Source: Eledone cirrhosa (lineage: Eukaryota). From it: a DNA stretch of 64,000 nucleotides. The notes below the pieces were generated by a model, which made no database searches, had not been told where the DNA came from, and worked only from the letters and a program-made list of their open reading frames with translations. Where the stretch lies: contig OZ024740.1 of NCBI GenBank assembly GCA_964016885.1, positions 34,100,001 through 34,164,000 on the forward strand, in the 5' to 3' direction. This document shows positions 46,915-62,413 of the stretch, in pieces. A program made the translations under genes and the position numbers. Position 1 is the stretch's first letter; each line of letters opens with the position of its first letter.

Positions 46915-47190
46915 ATATGGTTTAGTGGTTAGAGCGTTGGGCTTGCAATCGTGTGGTTGGTCCTTGAACAAGACGCTTTATAGCACGTCGCTCCAATTCA
47001 CTCAGCTGTAGAAATGAGTTGCGACGTCACTGGTTCCAAGCTGTATGGGACTTAGCCTTTCCCTTGGACAACATCGGTGACGTGGCGAGGCAGGACTGGT
47101 ATACATGGGTGTTTGCTGTTCTTCAAGGAGAGCTTTCTAGGTGCAAATCCCATGGTCATTCGTAATCGAAGGGGGTCTTTACCCTTTACC
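46915..47190 (+). mobile_element. tRNA-derived SINE, second family
   Basis: A-box-like tggtttagtggttagagcg, then tccttgaacaagacgcttta...cactcagctgtagaaatgagttgc. Related copies at ~60860-60975 (-) and ~62612-62750 (+). Confidence 0.75.
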
Positions 47191-47729
47191 ATATATATAT
47201 AATGTATATGTACTTGCTTGTTATGTAAGGAGTGGTTAACGAGATTTGGGGACAGGGTGTTGAAGGAAAGAAAATTGTAAAATAATTTTACCTCCTGTAT
47301 ACACGCACATAGACACACGCATACTTATATACACATCCACACACGTATACGCCCTCCGCACACAAATGGCTGTTGAAATAAATATATAAGGACATTGGAG
47401 GTGAATATATAATGCTAATTACAATTAAAACTATATATTGATTAAAAACATTTTTTTTTCTATAGAAATATAAGTTCGAAATATTATGCACTGCTGTTGC
47501 ACTAATTACCTCCCTCTCTCTCTCATACAACAATTATCTCCCCCTTCTCTCATACATATATTATCTCCCACCTCTCTCTCATAAACTAATTAATTATCTC
47601 CCGCATTCTCTCATATACACGTGCTAGTATATTACACATCCACGTACACACACACACATGAATATATATACGTACATGCAAACAGACACATATATATATA
47701 TATATATATATATATGTGACATACAAATA

Positions 47730-47813
47730 AACACACACACACATCACACATATGTACAATCCCTATACATACGAACACATACACGCATCATACATACATA
47801 TATGTACAATCCC

Positions 47814-47848
<35 letters not shown>

Positions 47849-47956
47849 CATACATATATGTACAATCCCTATACACACACACACACACACATCATACATA
47901 TATGTACAATCCCTATACACACACACACACACACATCATACATATATGTACAATCC

Positions 47957-48007
<51 letters not shown>

Positions 48008-48010
48008 ATC
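47730..48010. repeat. Minisatellite catcatacatatatgtacaatccctata(ca)n, ~5 copies
   Basis: Direct inspection. Confidence 0.9.
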
Positions 48011-48323
48011 CATATACATATAGATACACACAATTTTATGAACTAATATATAATTATGAAGTACAGAAAATTATTGATTGATATTCTGATATATTTAAAA
48101 AGGTATAGAAATAGGGAAAACCCTTCTAATTATATGTATTAGCATATTAAATTAAAAATGTAAAATGTACCAATAAACGATATTGATACTTTTTGAACTG
48201 AGAGCGATAGGAGCAAATGTACTGAAATATATTGAAAATCTGAAGAATTTCTTAGGAGAAAAAATAAATTTAAACTGTCGCATTACATTGCATTAACAAA
48301 CATATAAGAAAGGAACACTAACA

Positions 48324-48357
48324 ATGGCAGACGATCCGTCAAACCCATTTGCTGAAG
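48324..48357 (+). CDS. Candidate first coding exon of a host gene (MADDPSNPFAE, phase-1 intron)
   Basis: Strong Kozak context acaATGG, open frame to a strong donor GAAG|GTAATT at 48358, unique AT-rich surroundings, NPF motif. No downstream exon identified. Confidence 0.5.
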
Positions 48358-48587
48358 GTAATTTTTTATGGTTTCGTTTTTTAAAAAATTGTATTTGAAT
48401 ATATATAAATGAAAAATATCCTTTAAAATAGTATATAACTTTATTAAAAAAATATCCTTATTCTATCATGGTCTCAGTCTGTCGGCTGGAACAGGTAATA
48501 GAATTGATTAGGAAATAAAAATTATATCGGGAATTTACATTGATATGGATAAACCATGTTATAAATTTGATTCCTACTCCAGACAGT

Positions 48588-48802
48588 TTTACATTTAAAA
48601 TTTTACATTTTCTTACTAGCTTTACAACATTTAAAATATTACATTTTCTTACTAGCTTTACAACATTTAAAATATTACATTTTCTTACTAGCTTTACAAC
48701 ATTTAAAATATTACATTTTCTTACTAGCTTTACAACATTTAAAATACTGCACTTTCTTACTAGCTTTACAACATTTAAAATACTGCACTTTCTTACTAGT
48801 TT
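48588..48802. repeat. 36-bp minisatellite, ~6 copies
   Basis: tttacaacatttaaaatattacattttcttactagc. Confidence 0.95.
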
Positions 48803-48867
48803 TATAATCTGCTACGTTTATGTATTTTTTTTGCAAGATTCTTGATATGTTGAAATAGATAATGTTG

Positions 48868-49200
48868 TATTTGAAGATGGTCATTTCCCCAATTTTGTCA
48901 ATAAAAACACATGGACTATTCGGTTTTGTCTTCAGCTTTATTTTTAGTTTTTGGTTAATTCATCAAATCTTTGACAAACTAATTAATAACTCATAATAAA
49001 ACTGGTATTTGAGGATGGTCATTTTGCCAATAAATACACGCGCACTATTCGGTTTTCACTTCAGCTTTATTATAAGTTATTAATTAATTCGTCAAAGCTT
49101 TGACGAATTAATTAAAAACTAATAATAAAGATGAAGTGAAAATAGAATAGCCCGTGTGTTTTTATTGGCAAAATTCGCAAAATAACCATCACGAAATATA
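48868..49200. mobile_element. Palindromic MITE-like element (49005-49200) preceded by a partial copy (48868-49003)
   Basis: Centre aattaattcgtcaaag|ctttgacgaattaatt (~49097), with imperfect arms to gtatttgaggatggtcattttgccaataaa / tttattggcaaaat...accatcacgaaatat. Confidence 0.75.
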
Positions 49201-49589
49201 ATAATATTTATAAACTGCTCGGGTTCCACTTACCATCATCACCAGACCACGAAACAGATTGTAGTGGGTTACATGGTACCTTCCACCCCAACTATGAGTT
49301 AAATAACCTCACCAACCCGCAATTGGCCAAGCGTAATGAGTATGGCTACACCCCTGACATGGCCAAAGCCAAACAGAGAGCCGTAGAGGTCAACCAGGGA
49401 GGGGTTCCTTCAACAGGAATGAGAAGGCTCTGAATTGGATTGGATTTTATTTAGTCAGAGTCGCGGTGATATCTTCTAATTCAATTTTCAAATTCCGATC
49501 AAACTTTTTTAAACATACGTTCTTTATTTAGTACTTTATTTTTTGTCAGTCACAAATTTCAAAGATTCGATCCTATTACATCTAACATC

Positions 49590-52500
49590 TGTAAGACCAA
49601 TCACTATCAATATTAAGACCTTGTATGACCAATCACTATCAATATTAAAACCCATGTATGACCAATCACTATCAATATTAAAACCCATGTAAGACCAATC
49701 ACTATCAATATTAAGACCTTGTATGACCAATCACTATCAATATTAAAACCCATGTATGACCAATCACTATCAATATTAAGACCTTGTATGACCAATCACT
49801 ATCAATATTAAGACCTTGTATGACCAATCACTATCAATATTAAGACCTTGTATGACCAATCACTATCGATATTAAAACCCATGTATGACCAATCACTATC
49901 AATATTAAAACCCATGTATGACCAATCACTATCAATATTAAAACCCATGTATGACCAATCACTATCAATATTAAAACCCATGTATGACCAATCACTATCA
50001 ATATTAAGACCTTGTATGACCAATCACTATCAATATTAAGACCTTGTATGACCAATCACTATCAATATTAAAACCTTGTATGACCAATCACTATCAATAT
50101 TAAAACCCATGTAAGACCAATCACTATCAATATTAAGACCTTGTATGACCAATCACTATCAATATTAAGACCTTGTATGACCAATCACTATCAATATTAA
50201 AACCATGTATGACCAATCACTATCAATATTAAAACCCATGTAAGACCAATCACTATCAATATTAAGACCTTGTATGACCAATCACTATCAATATTAAGAC
50301 CTTGTATGACCAATCACTATCAATATTAAGACCTTGTATGACCAATCACTATCAATATTAAGACCTTGTAAGACCAATCACTATCAATATTAAAACCCAT
50401 GTAAGACAAATCACTATCAATATTAAGACCTTGTATGACCAATCACTATCAATATTAAGACCTTGTATGACCAATCACTATCAATATTAAGACCTTGTAT
50501 GACCAATCACTATCAATATTAAAACCTTGTATGACCAATCACTATCAATATTAAAACCCATGTATGACTAATCACTATCAATATTAAGACCTTGTATGAC
50601 CAATCACTATCAATATTAAAACCCATGTATGACCAATCACTATCAATATTAAAACCTTGTATGACCAATCACTATCAATATTAAAACCCATGTATGACCA
50701 ATCACTATCAATATTAAAACCCATGTATGACCAATCACTATCAATATTAAGACCTTGTATGACCAATCACTATCAATATTAATACCATGTATGACCAATC
50801 ACTATCAATATTAAAACCCATGTATGACCAATCACTATCAATATTAACACCTTGTATGACCAATCACTATCAATATTAAGACTTTGTATGACCAATCACT
50901 ATCAATATTAAGACCTTGTATGACCAATCACTATCAATATTAAGACCTTGTATGACCAATCACTATCAATATTAAGACCTTGTATGACCAATCACTATCA
51001 ATATTAAGACCTTGTATGACCAATCACTATCAATATTAAAACCCATGTAAGACCAATCACTATCAATATTAAGATCATGTATGACCAATCACTATCAATA
51101 TTAAAACCCATGTATGACCAATCACTATCAATATTAAGACCTTGTATGACCAATCACTATCAATATTAAGACCTTGTATGACCAATCACTATCAATATTA
51201 AGACCTTGTATGACCAATCACTATCAATATTAAGACCTTGTATGACCAATCACTATCAATATTAAAACCCATTTATGACCAATCACTATCAATATTAAAA
51301 CCCATGTATGACCAATCACTATCAATATTAAGACCTTGTATGACCAATCACTATCAATATTAAGACCATGTATGACCAATCACTATCAATATTAAAACCC
51401 ATGTATGACCAATCACTATCAATATTAAGACCTTGTATGACCAATCACTATCAATATTAAGACCTTGTATGACCAATCACTATCAATATTAAAACACATG
51501 TATGACCAATCACTATCAATATTAAGACCTTGTATGACCAATCACTATCAATATTAAGACCTTGTATGACCAATCACTATCAATATTAAGACCTTGTATG
51601 ACCAATCACTATCAATATTAAAACCCATGTATGACCAATCACTATCAATATTAAGACCTTGTATAACCAATCACTATCAATATTAAGACCTTGTATGACC
51701 AATCACTATCAATATTAAGACCTTGTATGACCAATCACTATCAATATTAAAACCCATGTATGACCAATCACTATCAATATTAAAACCCATGTATGACCAA
51801 TCACTATCAATATTAAGACCTTGTATGACCAATCACTATCAATATTAAGACCTTGTATGACCAATCACTATCAATATTAAAACACATGTATGACCAATCA
51901 CTATCAATATTAAGACCTTGTATGACCAATCACTATCAATATTAAGACCTTGTATGACCAATCACTATCAATATTAAGACCTTGTATGACCAATCACTAT
52001 CAATATTAAAACCCATGTATGACCAATCACTATCAATATTAAAACCCATGTATGACCAATCACTATCAATATTAAGACCTTGTATGACCAATCACTATCA
52101 ATATTAAGACCTTGTATGACCAATCACTATCAATATTAAGACCTTGTATGACCAATCACTATCAATATTAAGACCTTGTATGACCAATCACTATCAATAT
52201 TAAGACCTTGTATGACCAATCACTATCAATATTAAAACCCATGTATGACCAATCACTATCAATATTAAAACCCATGTATGACCAATCACTATCAATATTA
52301 AGACCTTGTATGACCAATCACTATCAATATTAAGACCTTGTATGACCAATCACTATCAATATTAAGACCTTGTATGACCAATCACTATCAATATTAAGAC
52401 CTTGTATGACCAATCACTATCAATATTAAGACCTTGTATGACCAATCACTATCAATATTAAAACCCATGTATGACCAATCACTATCAATATTAAAACCCA

Positions 52501-55500
52501 TGTATGACCAATCACTATCAATATTAAGACCTTGTATGACCAATCACTATCAATATTAAGACCTTGTATGACCAATCACTATCAATATTAAGACTTTGTA
52601 TGACCAATCACTATCAATATTAAGACCTTGTATGACCAATCACTATCAATATTAAGACCTTGTATGACCAATCACTATCAATATTAAGACCTTGTATGAC
52701 CAAACACTATCAATATTAAGACTTTGTATGACCAATCACTATCAATATTAAGACCTTGTATGACCAATCACTATCAATATTAAGACCTTGTATGACCAAT
52801 CACTATCAATATTAAGACCTTGTATGACCAATCACTATCAATATTAAGACTTTGTATGACCAATCACTATCAATATTAAGACTTTGTATGACCAATCACT
52901 ATCAATATTAAGACCTTGTATGACCAATCACTATCAATATTAAGACCTTGTATGACCAATCACTATCAATATTAAAACCCATGTATGACCAATCACTATC
53001 AATATTAAGACCTTGTATGACCAATCACTATCAATATTAAGACTTTGTATGACCAATCACTATCAATATTAAGACTTTGTATGACCAATCACTATCAATA
53101 TTAAGACCTTGTATGACCAATCACTATCAATATTAAAACCCATGTATGACCAATCACTATCAATATTAAAACCCATGTATGACCAATCAATTATCAATAT
53201 TAAGACTTTGTATGACCAATCACTATCAATATTAAGACCTTGTATGACCAATCACTATCAATATTAAAACCCATGTAAGACCAATCACTATCAATATTAA
53301 GACCTTGTATGACCAATCACTATAAATATTAAGACCTTGTATGACCAATCACTATCAATATTAAAACCCATGTAAGACCAATCACTATCAATATTAAGAC
53401 CTTGTATGACCAATCACTATCAATATTAAGACCTTGTATGACCAATCACTATCAATATTAAAACCCATGTATGACCAATCACTATCAATATTAAGACCTT
53501 GTATGACCAATCACTATCAATATTAAGACTTTGTATGACCAATCACTATCAATATTAAGACTTTGTATGACCAATCACTATCAATATTAAGACCTTGTAT
53601 GACCAATCACTATCAATATTAAAACCCATGTATGACCAATCACTATCAATATTAAAACCCATGTATGACCAATCACTATCAATATTAAGACTTTGTATGA
53701 CCAATCACTATCAATATTAAGACCTTGTATGACCAATCACTATCAATATTAAAACCCATGTAAGACCAATCACTATCAATATTAAGACCTTGTATGACCA
53801 ATCACTATCAATATTAAGACCTTGTATGACCAATCACTATCAATATTAAAACCCATGTAAGACCAATCACTATCAATATTAAGACCTTGTATGACCAATC
53901 ACTATCAATATTAAAACCCATGTAAGACCAATCACTATCAATATTAAGACCTTGTATGACCAATCACTATCAATATTAAGACCTTGTATGACCAATCACT
54001 ATCAATATTAAAACCCATGTAAGACCAATCACTATCAATATTAAGACCTTGTATGACCAATCACTATCAATATTAAGACCTTGTATGACCAATCACTATC
54101 AATATTAAAACCCTTGTAAGACCAATCACTATCAATATTAAGACCTTGTATTACCAATCACTATCAATATTAAGACTTTGTATGACCAATCACTATCAAT
54201 ATTAAGACCTTGTATGACCAATCACTATCAATATTAAAACCCATGTAAGACCAATCACTATCAATATTAAGACCTTGTATGACCAATCACTATCAATATT
54301 AAGACCTTGTATGACCAATCACTATCAATATTATAACCCATGTATGACCAATCACTATCAATATTAAGACCTTGTATGACCAATCACTATCAATATTAAG
54401 ACTTTGTATGACCAATCACTATCAATATTAAGACTTTGTATGACCAATCACTATCAATATTAAGACCTTGTATGACCAATCACTATCAATATTAAAACCC
54501 ATGTATGACCAATCACTATCAATATTAAAACCCATGTATGACCAATCACTATCAATATTAAGACTTTGTATGACCAATCACTATCAATATTAAGACCTTG
54601 TATGACCAATCACTATCAATATTAAAACCCATGTAAGACCAATCACTATCAATATTAAGACCTTGTATGACCAATCACTATCAATATTAAGACCTTGTAT
54701 GACCAATCACTATCAATATTAAAACCCATGTAAGACCAATCACTATCAATATTAAGACCTTGTATGACCAATCACTATCAATATTAAAACCCATGTAAGA
54801 CCAATCACTATCAATATTAAGACCTTGTATGACCAATCACTATCAATATTAAGACCTTGTATGACCAATCACTATCAATATTAAAACCCATGTATGACCA
54901 ATCACTATCAATATTAAGACTTTGTATGACCAATCACTATCAATATTAAAACCCATGTATGACCAATCACTATCAATATTAAGACCTTGTATGACCAATC
55001 ACTATCAATATTAAGACCTTGTATGACCAATCACTATCAATATTAAAACCCATGTAAGACCAATCACTATCAATATTAAGACCTTGTATGACCAATCACT
55101 ATCAATATTAAAACCCATGTAAGACCAATCACTATCAATATTAAGACTTTGTATGACCAATCACTATCAATATTAAGACCTTGTATGACCAATCACTATC
55201 AATATTAAGACCTTGTATGACCAATCACTATCAATATTAAGACCTTGTATGACCAATCACTATCAATATTAAGACCATGTAAGACCAATCACTATCAATA
55301 TTAAGACCTTGTATGACCAATCACTATCAATATTAAGACCTTGTATGACCAATCACTATCAATATTAAGACCTTGTATGACCAATCACTATCAATATTAA
55401 GACCATGTAAGACCAATCACTATCAATATTAAGACCTTGTATGACCAATCACTATCAATATTAAGACCTTGTATGACCAATCACTATCAATATTAAGACC

Positions 55501-58500
55501 ATGTATGACCAATCACTATCAATATTAAGACCTTGTATGACCAATCATTATCAATATTAAGACCATGTAAGACCAATCACTATCAATATTAAGACTTTGT
55601 ATGACCAATCACTATCAATATTAAAACCCATGTATGACCAATCACTATCAATATTAAAACCCATGTATGACCAATCACTATCAATATTAAGACTTTGTAT
55701 GACCAATCACTATCAATATTAAGACCTTGTATGACCAATCACTATCAATATTAAGACCTTGTATGACCAATCACTATCAATATTAAAACCCATGTATGAC
55801 CAATCACTATCAATATTAAAACCCATGTATGACCAATCACTATCAATATTAAGACCTTGTATGACCAATCACTATCAATATTAAGACCTTGTATGACCAA
55901 TCACTATCAATATTAAAACACATGTATGACCAATCACTATCAATATTAAGACCTTGTATGACCAATCACTATCAATATTAAGACCTTGTATGACCAATCA
56001 CTATCAATATTAAGACCTTGTATGACCAATCACTATCAATATTAAAACCCATGTATGACCAATCACTATCAATATTAAAACCCATGTATGACCAATCACT
56101 ATCAATATTAAGACCTTGTATGACCAATCACTATCAATATTAAGACCTTGTATGACCAATCACTATCAATATTAAAACCCATGTATGACCAATCACTATC
56201 AATATTAAAACCCATGTATGACCAATCACTATCAATATTAAGACCTTGTATGACCAATCACTATCAATATTAAGACCTTGTATGACCAATCACTATCAAT
56301 ATTAAGACTTTGTATGACCAATCACTATCAATATTAAGACCTTGTATGACCAATCACTATCAATATTAAGACCTTGTATGACCAATCACTATCAATATTA
56401 AGACCTTGTATGACCAATCACTATCAATATTAAGACCTTGTATGACCAATCACTATCAATATTAAGACTTTGTATGACCAATCACTATCAATATTAAGAC
56501 TTTGTATGACCAATCACTATCAATATTAAGACCTTGTATGACCAATCACTATCAATATTAAGACCTTGTATGACCAATCACTATCAATATTAAAACCCAT
56601 GTATGACCAATCACTATCAATATTAAGACCTTGTATGACCAATCACTATCAATATGAAGACTTTGTATGACCAATCACTATCAATATTAAGACTTTGTAT
56701 GACCAATCACTATCAATATTAAGACCTTGTATGACCAATCACTATCAATATTAAAACCCATGTATGACCAATCACTATCAATATTAAAACCCATGTATGA
56801 CCAATCAATTATCAATATTAAGACTTTGTATGACCAATCACTATCAATATTAAGACCTTGTATGACCAATCACTATCAATATTAAAACCCATGTAAGACC
56901 AATCACTATCAATATTAAGACCTTGTATGACCAATCACTATCAATATTAAGACCTTGTATGACCAATCACTATCAATATTAAAACCCATGTAAGACCAAT
57001 CACTATCAATATTAAGACCTTGTATGACCAATCACTATCAATATTAAGACCTTGTATGACCAATCACTATCAATATTAAAACCCATGTATGACCAATCAC
57101 TATCAATATTAAGACCTTGTATGACCAATCACTATCAATATTAAGACTTTGTATGACCAATCACTATCAATATTAAGACTTTGTATGACCAATCACTATC
57201 AATATTAAGACCTTGTATGACCAATCACTATCAATATTAAAACCCATGTATGACCAATCACTATCAATATTAAAACCCATGTATGACCAATCACTATCAA
57301 TATTAAGACTTTGTATGACCAATCACTATCAATATTAAGACCTTGTATGACCAATCACTATCAATATTAAAACCCATGTAAGACCAATCACTATCAATAT
57401 TAAGACCTTGTATGACCAATCACTATCAATATTAAGACCTTGTATGACCAATCACTATCAATATTAAAACCCATGTAAGACCAATCACTATCAATATTAA
57501 GACCTTGTATGACCAATCACTATCAATATTAAAACCCATGTAAGACCAATCACTATCAATATTAAGACCTTGTATGACCAATCACTATCAATATTAAGAC
57601 CTTGTATGACCAATCACTATCAATATTAAAACCCATGTAAGACCAATCACTATCAATATTAAGACCTTGTATGACCAATCACTATCAATATTAAGTCCTT
57701 GTATGACCAATCACTATCAATATTAAAACCCATGTAAGACCAATCACTATCAATATTAAGACCTTGTATTACCAATCACTATCAATATTAAGACTTTGTA
57801 TGACCAATCACTATCAATATTAAGACCTTGTATGACCAATCACTATCAATATTAAAACCCATGTAAGACCAATCACTATCAATATTAAGACCTTGTATGA
57901 CCAATCACTATCAATATTAAGACCTTGTATGACCAATCACTATCAATATTATAACCCATGTATGACCAATCACTATCAATATTAAGACCTTGTATGACCA
58001 ATCACTATCAATATTAAGACTTTGTATGACCAATCACTATCAATATTAAGACTTTGTATGACCAATCACTATCAATATTAAGACCTTGTATGACCAATCA
58101 CTATCAATATTAAAACCCATGTATGACCAATCACTATCAATATTAAAACCCATGTATGACCAATCACTATCAATATTAAGACTTTGTATGACCAATCACT
58201 ATCAATATTAAGACCTTGTATGACCAATCACTATCAATATTAAAACCCATGTAAGACCAATCACTATCAATATTAAGACCTTGTATGACCAATCACTATC
58301 AATATTAAGACCTTGTATGACCAATCACTATCAATATTAAAACCCATGTAAGACCAATCACTATCAATATTAAAACCCATGTAAGACCAATCACTATCAA
58401 TATTAAGACCTTGTATGACCAATCACTATCAATATTAAGACCTTGTATGACCAATCACTATCAATATTAAAACCCATGTATGACCAATCACTATCAATAT

Positions 58501-60120
58501 TAAGACTTTGTATGACCAATCACTATCAATATTAAAACCCATGTATGACCAATCACTATCAATATTAAGACCTTGTATGACCAATCACTATCAATATTAA
58601 AACCCATGTATGACCAATCACTATCAATATTAAGACCTTGTATGACCAATCACTATCAATATTAAGACCTTGTATGACCAATCACTATCAATATTAAAAC
58701 CCATGTAAGACCAATCACTATCAATATTAAGACCTTGTATGACCAATCACTATCAATATTAAAACCCATGTAAGACCAATCACTATCAATATTAAGACTT
58801 TGTATGACCAATCACTATCAATATTAAGACCTTGTATGACCAATCACTATCAATATTAAGACCTTGTATGACCAATCACTATCAATATTAAGACTTTGTA
58901 TGACCAATCACTATCAATATTAAGACCATGTAAGACCAATCACTATCAATATTAAGACCTTGTATGACCAATCACTATCAATATTAAGACCTTGTATGAC
59001 CAATCACTATCAATATTAAGACCTTGTATGACCAATCACTATCAATATTAAGACCATGTAAGACCAATCACTATCAATATTAAGACCTTGTATGACCAAT
59101 CACTATCAATATTAAGACCTTGTATGACCAATCACTATCAATATTAAGACCATGTATGACCAATCACTATCAATATTAAGACCTTGTATGACCAATCACT
59201 ATCAATATTAAGACCATGTAAGACCAATCACTATCAATATTAAGACCTTGTATGACCAATCACTATCAATATTAAGACCTTGTATGACCAATCACTATCA
59301 ATATTAAAACCCATGTATGACCAATCACTATCAATATTAAGACCTTGTATGACCAATCACTATCAATATTAAGACCTTGTATGACCAATCACTATCAATA
59401 TTAAGACCTTGTATGACCAATCACTATCAATATTAAAACCCATGTATGACCAATCACTATCAATATTAAGACTTTGTATGACCAATCACTATCAATATTA
59501 AAACCCATGTATGACCAATCACTATCAATATTAAAACCCATGTATGACCAATCACTATCAATATTAAGACTTTGTATGACCAATCACTATCAATATTAAG
59601 ACCTTGTATGACCAATCACTATCAATATTAAAACCCATATATGACCAATCACTGTCATTATTAAGATCGGTCAATGGCCAGTCACTGCCAATATTAAGAC
59701 ACATTAAGACCAATCATTGCGAATATTAAGATATATGTATGACCAATGATTGCCATTATTAAGACCTTTCTATGACCAATCATTGCCAATATTAAGACCT
59801 TGTATGACCAATATCTTCCATTATTAAGACCCATGTACGACCAAACCCTGACATTATTAAGACCCATGTATGACCAATCACTGCCAATATTAAGACCTTA
59901 TATGACTAGTCATTGTTATTGTTAAGATCTGTGTATGACCAATCACTTTACCAATATTAAGACCTTATATGACCAGTCACTTCCATAATTAATACCAATG
60001 TATGACCAATCAATGACAATATTAAGACCTCTATATGACCAATAAATGCCTATGTAAGGTGAATCAATGCCAGTATTAAAAACCTTCTATGACCAATTAC
60101 TGTTCTTATTAAGACCTGTG
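49590..60120. repeat. Satellite, 32/33-bp monomers (accttgtatgaccaatcactatcaatattaag / acccatgtatgaccaatcactatcaatattaaa), ~310 homogeneous copies to ~59640 plus a degenerate tail
   Basis: Direct inspection. Confidence 0.99.
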
Positions 60121-61599
60121 CAGTTACAATTATTATTTCTTTTTTTACCTAATGCTACCATATTTTGTTTTGTTAACTGTTGTAGAAGTGAGACATTTAT
60201 TGCTGAGAAGATTTTGTTGTGTTATCAATTTATTTGATAAATATCTTGTTTGCCATTGTAACGACATTACATTTGTTTTGGCTAAACTCTATAGGTCAAA
60301 TTTTCTTCCAGAAAGCGACTCAAAATATTTTACAAGTTTTGAGCAGCTTTCATTAGTTCGGATCCTACTGAGGATATTTGAGTTGTTGATAAACAAATTG
60401 CAGCAGGAACGAGCATGAAAAAGTAAAAATTATATCAAACAAATTCTTGGGACAATTTCATGGTTCTGGATAATACACAACTCCTATGCTTTTGTTGGAT
60501 AGAATTTTTTAAATCGATTTTGAGGTTCTTCGGCTACACATTTAATTGTTTCTAATAACGTTTTTAATAGCTGACATTTTCAATTGCTTTGTAGAAACTT
60601 AGAAATATGTTGTCTATCTACACTCCTTGGTTCAGTATACGTGCCAATATGTTTGCAAAGGATATGAACTACAATCTACATGATCTCTACTGTGTTAGTT
60701 TCCGTTGACTATCGGTTAGTAAGCCATAGGAAGAAACATTGACCTTTGTGCTGCTATAGATGATAAATATCCTTATCTTTTAGGTGATATGTGTCATGGA
60801 TATTGTTTTCTGTCAGGTTTTTGTTTTTGAAAGATCGGAAAAATAGTTGGTTATTGTATACTGGAGCAACGTGAAATGAAGTGTTTTGCCTAAGAACACA
60901 ACACGCAACCCAGGAATCGAACCCACGACATTATGATCGTAAGTCCAACTCCCTTACCACTAAGCCACTTGCCTCCACTATCTAATGATATATAGGAGAT
61001 AAATATTTAACGAGGCATTGGCTGTTAATTATTTTTGGAATTGACTGCTTGCGTGTCAACTTTGTGATCATTTTCATATCGATTTTTAATTTTTTTAATT
61101 AGTTTTATGAGTTTCATTTTTGCTACACAAATTAGCACTCGGCAGTTTTTATTTCTTTTACTTATGTTAAAAATGAAGAATTTCTTAAGGCTATCTCTTA
61201 CTTATGTTTCTACCGTGGCGTGGAAAACATTCCAATTAATTTACTGAGACGCTGTTTTCTTCCTTCACAAGGACCAACTTTCTTAATTCACTTAAAGTCC
61301 TATCTCCCAGACATCAACACAGAAGGAGAAAAATAATAAAATTAAGAAGGAATTAAAGATTTCTCCATTAGTCATGAAAATATTTGTTCACTTGGTATAT
61401 TTTTCATTTAGCTGTTGATTTTATTTTTTCCTCTGTTTTTTTTTTTTTAATAAAAAAAAATGTTCTTCCACTTCCATATAAAATAGCTCACCTGTGTTAT
61501 TCTACGATTATTACATGTGACACTGGCGATTATCACAGTTTTTAGTGCTGTTCTAGTCTGAGAAATGATAGGATTGTATTGAGTATAGACAAACATTTA

Positions 61600-62413
61600 A
61601 CTAGTTGTTTTTTGTTGTTCGGTTCCCTATCGAACAGACATTACAACTATAGCCATCTTGATTTCAGACATAATATGTCTGGGACTTAGTTATCAACGTG
61701 TCTTGCCTTTTTTAGAAGGAAGGGTGAGATTTGAGGAACATTTGGCTACTATTTCTAGAAGGCTGAATCCCCTCAGTGGCTGTGATCGGTGGGTCATGTG
61801 ATCGGTGTGTCATGTGATCGGTTGGTCATACAATCGATTGGTCATGTGATCGGTGGGTCATGTGATCGTATGCAAACAAACGTATACGTAGCCGGATGTT
61901 TGTTGACATCTAAAAGCTGTGATTCAGCTAATTTAAGACAGTAAGAGTTGTCACGATCCTGTGGTTTAATGTTTTAAAACGGCCAGCCGGTATCTGGGAG
62001 ATTTGGTATTCGATTCCTCAGAGCGGCCGATGGCAACTTCTTTTTCCGTATCTACGGGTCTTCTCTCTATTTTATAGCATTGTCGAGCACGAGCACATCA
62101 TTCTTTATCATCTCAGTGCTTTGTAAAAGTCCGAGAGATCGGCTACGCATACACCGTATTTCACTTAGTTATTCACCCTTTACTGCAATAGTGAAAATTC
62201 CAATAAGGGTTGGCTGTTGGAGAATCTCTATGCTGCTGCTTGAGCTACAAAAAACAGTAGCCAACTCTCTTACAAATCTTTCCCTACCATCTTAAAAAAG
62301 AGACACATTGGATAATATAGGCATTGCTATAAAAACAGAAGTGATGGTCACGGCTTGAATGACTTTCGATCACAGATCTTCTCAATCAGGGCTGACCGGA
62401 GGCTAAACAACTA
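61600..62413. repeat. Two diverged copies of an interspersed repeat in inverted orientation (~61600-61770 + and ~62240-62413 -), with a 16-bp x5 tandem repeat (61781-61868) between them
   Basis: ttatcaacgtgtc...agatttgaggaacatttggctactattt vs reverse complement ttatccaatgtgtc...agatttgtaagagagttggctactgttt. Confidence 0.6.

Noticed and set aside
49590-59640. CRISPR-like regular 32/33-bp periodicity
   Set aside because: Head-to-tail monomers without unique spacers, no cas genes, eukaryotic context. The MVIQGLNIDSDWSY ORFs are by-products of the repeat.
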